From NCBI GenBank assembly GCA_045106895.1, contig JBGCFM010000046.1, positions 1 to 64,000 of the forward strand: DNA of 64,000 nt, in the 5' to 3' direction. Made by a program: the position numbers and the translations under genes. Shown piece after piece: positions 58,920 to 64,000 of the stretch. The notes beneath the pieces are model-generated. The model saw only the letters and a program-made list of their open reading frames with translations. It had not been told where the DNA came from and did no database searches. The first letter of the stretch is position 1, and the number at the start of each line of letters is the position of its first letter. This stretch comes from Polyangiales bacterium. GTDB lineage: Bacteria > Myxococcota_A > Polyangia > Polyangiales > Houyiibacteriaceae.

Positions 58920-60494
58920 CTAGGAGCTTAGGGCGGCGCTCTTTGCCGGGATCTTGCTCATCGCGCGCTCTGCCATGGCCGTGATGGTCAGCGAAGGATT
59001 GACGCCAGGGTTGGCACTCATCGCCGACCCGTCGATGACGTAGAGCCCGTCGTATCCAAAGACGCGATGTTCCGAGTCGATGACGCCGCTCGTCGCGTCC
59101 TCGCCCATGGTACAGCCGCCGAGGATGTGGGCGGTGCTCGGTACCCCAAGGAGTGTCTCCGTGAATAGCCCGCTGACGACGCCGCGGAGCTTCTTTGCAA
59201 AACGCTCGGCGATGTCCGTGGCTTCGGGGATGAACGCCTTTGGCGCCGCCCCGTCGAGCTCCGTGATCATCGCGCGCCGAAAACCCGTGCGTGCTTTTCG
59301 TCCGAGGCGTAACTGAAGCGTCCCGTCGAGGGTCTGCATGTAGAGGAGCACTTGGGAGCGGCGGGAAATGTCGCGGACGGTGAGGGCGCGAAGCCAGCGA
59401 GCAGGCTCCTCCATGAATCGTTTGGCGGCGCGAGTGCCTCGCGAGAGCAGGTTCGAGCCCGGCCCGTGGGGAAGGATCATGGTGCGAAAGAAACCGCTGC
59501 CCCGGCCGTAGCGAACGGGCTCCACATGACTGTGTTCGTCCGTGTGAAGGATCGACGTGATGGCGACGCCGCGTGTCAGGTCTTCTTCCGCGTCCGGCGC
59601 CACCACAGCGAAGAGTGCCTCGGAGTTCGTGCGAACCATGCGGCCCAGCGACGAACTCAGCTTTGGGAGCCCGTCTTCTTTCATCGCCAAGAGCAGCGGT
59701 ACGGTCCCCATGACGCCGCCGGAGAAGATGACCTTGTCCGCCGTGAAGGTACGTCGCTCGGCGCCAAAGCTTGCCTTCGTTTCCAGGCGGTAGCCGCCGC
59801 CTTGGGGCGCCACCCGCAAGACCTCTGTCTCCGCTTCGATGGTGCAGCCGCGCTTCTCCGCCAGGTACAGATAGTTGCGGTCTAGGGTGTTCTTGGCGCC
59901 GACGTTGCAACCGGTCATGCACGCGCCGCACTGTGTGCAGCCCACGCGCGCCGGGCCCTCACCGTCAAAGTAGGGGTCGGGGACTTTTTGGCCCGCAGCG
60001 CCGAAGAACACACCGACTTCCGCGCGGTGAAAGTGCTCTTCGCGTCCGGTCTCTTTCGCGATCTCTTGGAGCACCTTGTCGGCGCGGGTTTCAAAAGGAA
60101 CCTCCGCGGCTCCGAGCATTCGCTTCGCCGTCGCATAGTGCGGCATCAGCTCTTTGCGCCAGTCCGCGAGGTGGGCCCAAGACTTCGACTGGAAGAAACC
60201 GAGCGTCGGCGTGGGCAGAGTGTTGGCATAGACGAGTGAACCTCCGCCGACGCCCACGCCGTGCAGGATGGTGACGTGTTCGAAGAAGCTCATCTGGAAG
60301 ATGCCGCGGAGCCCGGCGGAGGGCATCCACATCCAACGCTTGAGGTCCCAGTTGGTCTTCGGGAAGTCTCCGGGCTCGAAGCGGCGCCCTTTTTCGAGCA
60401 CGCAAACCGAGTACCCTTTTTCGCTCAAGCGTAGGGCCGAGACGCTTCCGCCGAACCCCGAACCGACGATGATGTAGTCGTAGTGCGCGCCCAT
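58920..60494 (-). CDS. GMC oxidoreductase, cholesterol oxidase (ChoD)-like
   Basis: YD..IVGSGFGGSVSALRL.EKGY, GVGGGSLVYANTL, C..CG.CM.GC..GAKNTL, TAHILGG, NPGVNPSLTI.A.AER. Confidence 0.9.
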   Translation of the reverse strand: MGAHYDYIIVGSGFGGSVSALRLSEKGYSVCVLEKGRRFEPGDFPKTNWDLKRWMWMPSAGLRGIFQMSFFEHVTILHGVGVGGGSLVYANTLPTPTLGFFQSKSWAHLADWRKELMPHYATAKRMLGAAEVPFETRADKVLQEIAKETGREEHFHRAEVGVFFGAAGQKVPDPYFDGEGPARVGCTQCGACMTGCNVGAKNTLDRNYLYLAEKRGCTIEAETEVLRVAPQGGGYRLETKASFGAERRTFTADKVIFSGGVMGTVPLLLAMKEDGLPKLSSSLGRMVRTNSEALFAVVAPDAEEDLTRGVAITSILHTDEHSHVEPVRYGRGSGFFRTMILPHGPGSNLLSRGTRAAKRFMEEPARWLRALTVRDISRRSQVLLYMQTLDGTLQLRLGRKARTGFRRAMITELDGAAPKAFIPEATDIAERFAKKLRGVVSGLFTETLLGVPSTAHILGGCTMGEDATSGVIDSEHRVFGYDGLYVIDGSAMSANPGVNPSLTITAMAERAMSKIPAKSAALSS

Positions 60495-60548
60495 ACCAGC
60501 CCATGTTATTCGCGCAGGCCTCTGGTGGGAAGCCTGAGAAGGTCCGGC

Positions 60549-61577
60549 TCAGTACAGAACGCCGTCGACGGGCGCTTCGGCGTCCGGGATCTCGTCTTCA
60601 TTTAGGAGCTGGCGTAGGTCGCGCTCGATGACGACGCACAGGGCGTTCATGGGAACATCGTTCATGCTCCGCTCGAAGGGATCTTCGCTCGCGTCGCCGA
60701 GGCCCTCCATCGTCAAGAAGACCCAGCCGACGAGGGCCGAAGCGACGACGTAGGTAAAGAGCCATGGCCACGCGCCCGTCGCCGGCCATTCAGCAGGGAG
60801 GCGCTCGCTGAATACATCGAGGAGCCCGAAGGGCACCGTGAAGACGAACGCACGCGTGAACACCCGACTGTACTCTGCATAGAGACGCGGAAGCGGCGTC
60901 TTCTTGATGCGCTCGGCTTTGCCTTGAAGCGTGTAGAGCTCGCGGAGAATCGCCATCATATCGATCTGATGAAAGAGATCGAGGGAGCCTTCCTTGACCA
61001 TCTTCGCCAGGGCTTTGCCTTGTTGGCTGACGAGATGAGTGGCGCCGTTGGCTTTCGCCTCGAGGTCGTCGAGTTCGTCTGCCGGGACGAAAGGCGAGAG
61101 CTCCTTGCGCCAGTCGTTGCGCATATGGTCCTTGTGACGAATCAGCCGCTCTCGCGTCGCCCTATGGGGCTTGTCGTGAAAGCGTGAGGTGCTTCGAAGC
61201 TGAACACGAAGCGCGTTGATCCAAGCGAGCTGCCGGTAGATGAGGGCGCGCCGAACTTCGTGGGCCGTCTCGCTTTCATCCCCGGGCAGCACATAGGAGA
61301 CGACGGCGTTGGCCCAACTTCGGCTCTCGTTGACGACCCCTCCCCAGATCTTTCGGCCTTCCCAAAAGCGGTCATAGGCGGAGTTGTTCTTGAACCCAGC
61401 GTAGAAGCTGACGGCGATGCCCATCACGGAGAGCGGGGTAAAAGGAATGCGCATCCACTCGAAACCGGCGATGGCGTAGAGGCCGTAAACCGCCAGCGAC
61501 CAGGATCCAACGATGACGACGTTCCGTACGGCGAAGCGCAAGACGTTGCTTACCGGCAAACGACGAGTGTGAAGCAT
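60549..61577 (-). CDS. Bacterial bestrophin family anion channel (YneE-like)
   Basis: F..F.NN.AYDRFWEGRK.WG...N.SR, G..ERIK.TP.P, E.PF....NDVP. Confidence 0.92.
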   Translation of the reverse strand: MLHTRRLPVSNVLRFAVRNVVIVGSWSLAVYGLYAIAGFEWMRIPFTPLSVMGIAVSFYAGFKNNSAYDRFWEGRKIWGGVVNESRSWANAVVSYVLPGDESETAHEVRRALIYRQLAWINALRVQLRSTSRFHDKPHRATRERLIRHKDHMRNDWRKELSPFVPADELDDLEAKANGATHLVSQQGKALAKMVKEGSLDLFHQIDMMAILRELYTLQGKAERIKKTPLPRLYAEYSRVFTRAFVFTVPFGLLDVFSERLPAEWPATGAWPWLFTYVVASALVGWVFLTMEGLGDASEDPFERSMNDVPMNALCVVIERDLRQLLNEDEIPDAEAPVDGVLY

Positions 61578-61676
61578 CGGCGGAAGCTACCTCACCTGGC
61601 GTCAGATTCCAGTAGCCATGAAGCCCAAGCGGCTTGTTTCAAACGCGCGATCCTGAGAGATTAGGCTGGCCCTCCC

Positions 61677-62507
61677 GTGAAGAGATTTGACCGTAAGTTT
61701 GGCGAGAACTTCGTCTCGGAGCTGCCCACGCAGCCGGCGGTGTACCTGTACAAAGACGAAGCAGGCGAGGTGATCTACGTCGGAAAAGCGAAGAACGTCC
61801 GACGTCGCCTCGGCAACTATCGCAACGCGTCGCGAAAAAGGGTTCACCGGAAGATGCGTGAAATCGTCAAGGCCGCCTCGACGCTCGAGGTCAGGCTCCA
61901 GCCCAGTGAAGAAGAGGCGCTCGTGGTGGAGGGGCGCCTCATCCGCCGCCTCAAACCAACGTTCAACGTCGCGGGTAAGTACTCGTTTCTCTATCCAGCG
62001 ATCGGCCTCGTTCGAACGACGACGGACACACGTCTGTGCTTCGCGACCGACACGGAGGCCTGGAGCGGGCATTCGTTTGAGTGGTATGGGACCTTCTCGT
62101 CGCGACCTCGGGCCAAAGAAGCCTTCGACGTCCTCATCGAAACTCTCGCGCTCGTAGGGCACCTCGAGAAGACGTCTAGCCTCGGTCCTCTGCCGGATGT
62201 GGTCGGGTCACGCATTGCGGGCGTACGCCGCCTCGCCAAACCTGTCTTTGTGGCGTTGGAGCTTTACTTGGCGGGGCGCTCACCTCGTCTCCTCAGTCTC
62301 CTCGCCGTTGCGCTCTTGGAGAAACCACGGGCGAGGCGAGAGGCTTCTTGGGTTCAGGCGCTGCTTCGGCACCTTCGAGACTTCTACGAGGGAGACCTCG
62401 CGCCGCTTCGGGCAGCACTCGAGCGTTCCGGAGACGAGGGGAGCTTTGTTCCCCAAGACGAACGTGACACTCTCTTCATCCGCCACGGCACACAAACGTC
62501 TATGTAG
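61677..62507 (+). CDS. GIY-YIG nuclease (UvrC N-terminal-like) protein
   Basis: LP..PAVYLY.D..G.VIYVGKAKN.RRRL..Y, EAL..E..LI....P.FN. Confidence 0.85.
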   Translation: MKRFDRKFGENFVSELPTQPAVYLYKDEAGEVIYVGKAKNVRRRLGNYRNASRKRVHRKMREIVKAASTLEVRLQPSEEEALVVEGRLIRRLKPTFNVAGKYSFLYPAIGLVRTTTDTRLCFATDTEAWSGHSFEWYGTFSSRPRAKEAFDVLIETLALVGHLEKTSSLGPLPDVVGSRIAGVRRLAKPVFVALELYLAGRSPRLLSLLAVALLEKPRARREASWVQALLRHLRDFYEGDLAPLRAALERSGDEGSFVPQDERDTLFIRHGTQTSM

Positions 62508-62554
62508 CGGGGCTCTCTTTGACCTCCGTAGTCCTGCCGGGCTATGTGGACGCC

Positions 62555-63622
62555 ATGCGCAGCGCCGAAGCCAAAGTTGTATTCCCCTTCGTCTCCGTCC
62601 TCAGCCTCCTGGCCTTGGGCGCTTGCAGTGAATCGACCATCGTCGCCGACGGCGGTGCGCTCGACGCGGCCGCAGCGGATACGAGCACCGGAGATATCGT
62701 TTCCGTCGACGGAGGCGGCTCGGATAGCGGTCCACGAGATGCCGGCCCCGTCGGCGCAGACACCGGCCCGGTGGCGGACAGCGGCGCCCTCGACGTTCCC
62801 GTAGTGGGTGAGGGTGCGCCCAACGTGCCCGGCCCCTATGCCGTCACCACGCAAGCGGGCATGGCCGGCGACACGCCCGTCAGCATCTGTATTCCTGGTG
62901 GTGTTCGTGCCCCCCTCGTCATCTTCGCACCAGGCTTTATGATCGCCTCGACGTTCTACGAGCCGACGTGTCAGCGCCTCGCGAGCCATGGCTTCATCGT
63001 CGTCCGCGCCGACCCGCCTTCGGGCTTCACGACGTCTCATGACGCCATGCGAGACTCCCTCGTCGGCGTCCTCAACTGGGCCCTCAGCGAGTCACCTTTC
63101 GTTGCGCAGGTCGATCCAGGTCGTATCCTCATGAGCGGGCACAGCCTCGGCGGGAAGCTCGCGACGATGGTCGCGTCACAGGACGCTCGCGTGACGGCGC
63201 TCTTCGGCATCGACCCCGTGGACGGAGGCTTCGGCGCCCCGGACGTCGTTCCTTCTCTCGCCGCTGGCTTGACGATTCCCGTGGGATTCGCCGGGGAGAC
63301 CACGAATGCAGCTGGCGGCTTCATGCCTTGCGCTCCCGCGGCGGAGAACTTTCAGCAGTTCTATGCAGCGACGACGAGCGCCCCTTGGGCAGCGCAGTGG
63401 GACTTTAGCGGCGCCGACCACATGGACTTCGTCTCGGCACCGGCGGGCTGCAGCTTCTGTGGCGTTTGCCCTGCGGGAAGCGCCGATCCGGCCAGCGTCG
63501 TTGAAGGGATGCACACGCTCATCGTCGCCTTTGCGCGTCGTCATTTGAGCGACGACGTGACGATGGAGCCATGGCTCGTCGGCGCTCAGGTGCCGACGGG
63601 CGTCGTCGTCACGTCTCGCTAA
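62555..63622 (+). CDS. Alpha/beta-hydrolase lipoprotein (chlorophyllase/cutinase-like)
   Basis: Lipobox LGAC; PGPY.V, LASHGF.V, GHSLGG, DPVD, HMDF. Confidence 0.85.
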   Translation: MRSAEAKVVFPFVSVLSLLALGACSESTIVADGGALDAAAADTSTGDIVSVDGGGSDSGPRDAGPVGADTGPVADSGALDVPVVGEGAPNVPGPYAVTTQAGMAGDTPVSICIPGGVRAPLVIFAPGFMIASTFYEPTCQRLASHGFIVVRADPPSGFTTSHDAMRDSLVGVLNWALSESPFVAQVDPGRILMSGHSLGGKLATMVASQDARVTALFGIDPVDGGFGAPDVVPSLAAGLTIPVGFAGETTNAAGGFMPCAPAAENFQQFYAATTSAPWAAQWDFSGADHMDFVSAPAGCSFCGVCPAGSADPASVVEGMHTLIVAFARRHLSDDVTMEPWLVGAQVPTGVVVTSR

Positions 63623-63666
63623 CGTCCAAGTCTCGACGTTCTTCGGCGCGGCCCTAGAACTCCCCG

Positions 63667-64000
63667 ATGAGCATGTACGAAGGTCTCCGCCGGGAGCGAG
63701 TGGTGGCGTCGGCCCAGTTTGACGGCCAGAGGTTCCGCAATGCGCCCCGCGCCGCGTCGGGGGAAGCTGTGGCCAAACCCAACCCTGCGCCGGTGATGCG
63801 CGAGTACTTCTTTGGCGGCGGTGAGCGGGTGCCGAAGTCCCCATTGCCCATCGTCCGGCCCCACGATGCCTGGAGCGTCGCGCCAAGCAGCAAGCTGCGG
63901 GTCACCTGGCTCGGGCACTCGACGGTGCTTCTTGAGATCGACGGCTTCCGCGTGCTCACCGACCCCGTGTTTGGTCTTCGCGCTTCACCGGTCTCCTTCG
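63667..64000 (+). CDS. MBL-fold metallo-hydrolase (NAPE-PLD/RomA-like), 5' part; runs off the window end
   Basis: Not in the ORF track. Manual translation MSMYEGLRRERV..S.QFDGQRFRN...VTWLGHSTVLLEIDG.RVLTDPVF..RASP.SF. Confidence 0.88.
   Translation, partial: MSMYEGLRRERVVASAQFDGQRFRNAPRAASGEAVAKPNPAPVMREYFFGGGERVPKSPLPIVRPHDAWSVAPSSKLRVTWLGHSTVLLEIDGFRVLTDPVFGLRASPVSF

Noticed and set aside
61677..62507. uvrC or a homing endonuclease/mobile intron
   Set aside because: Only the N-terminal GIY-YIG domain is present, without the UvrC RNase H/HhH regions, and no interrupted host gene or intron context is evident.

Overview
This is a GC-rich bacterial chromosomal window. It is most likely from a myxobacterium (Myxococcota, Polyangia/Sandaracinus-like). 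That assignment is inferred from Myxococcus cysteine-rich repeats, DAG-linker lipoproteins, TPR+TM pairs and a MYXO-CTERM-like tail. The window begins inside an IS5-like transposase whose end sits at the CTAG containing the stop codon of a degenerate glgA homologue. It contains about 55 CDS and one tRNA-Asn(GTT) with promoter and terminator. Recognisable loci include an FeS-type (6-4) photolyase, an ArsA-like ATPase pair, a LysR/dabBA inorganic-carbon pump, a MacAB/LolCDE-like ABC exporter, a sigma54-type stress cluster (AAA_28, CBS-hemerythrin, USP), a pirin-yqjG-CDGSH redox cluster and many secreted Cys-rich lipoproteins. The most unusual items are: (1) a photoactive-yellow-protein domain with Y42/E46/R52/C69 intact fused to a histidine kinase; (2) a stand-alone GyrB 24-kDa-like ATPase domain whose ATP lid is replaced by a Cys/His-rich loop; (3) an animal/plant-type beta-ureidopropionase; (4) a glycogen-synthase pseudoenzyme; (5) a stand-alone ZZ-histone-like Zn finger; (6) a shared lipoprotein N-terminal module with different cargo domains; (7) four orphan C-terminal gene tails sitting directly behind stop codons; (8) an unannotated sigma54-driven 41-aa membrane peptide. 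No CRISPR array, rRNA, prophage or integrase was seen. All calls are from reading motifs by eye, without database searches.
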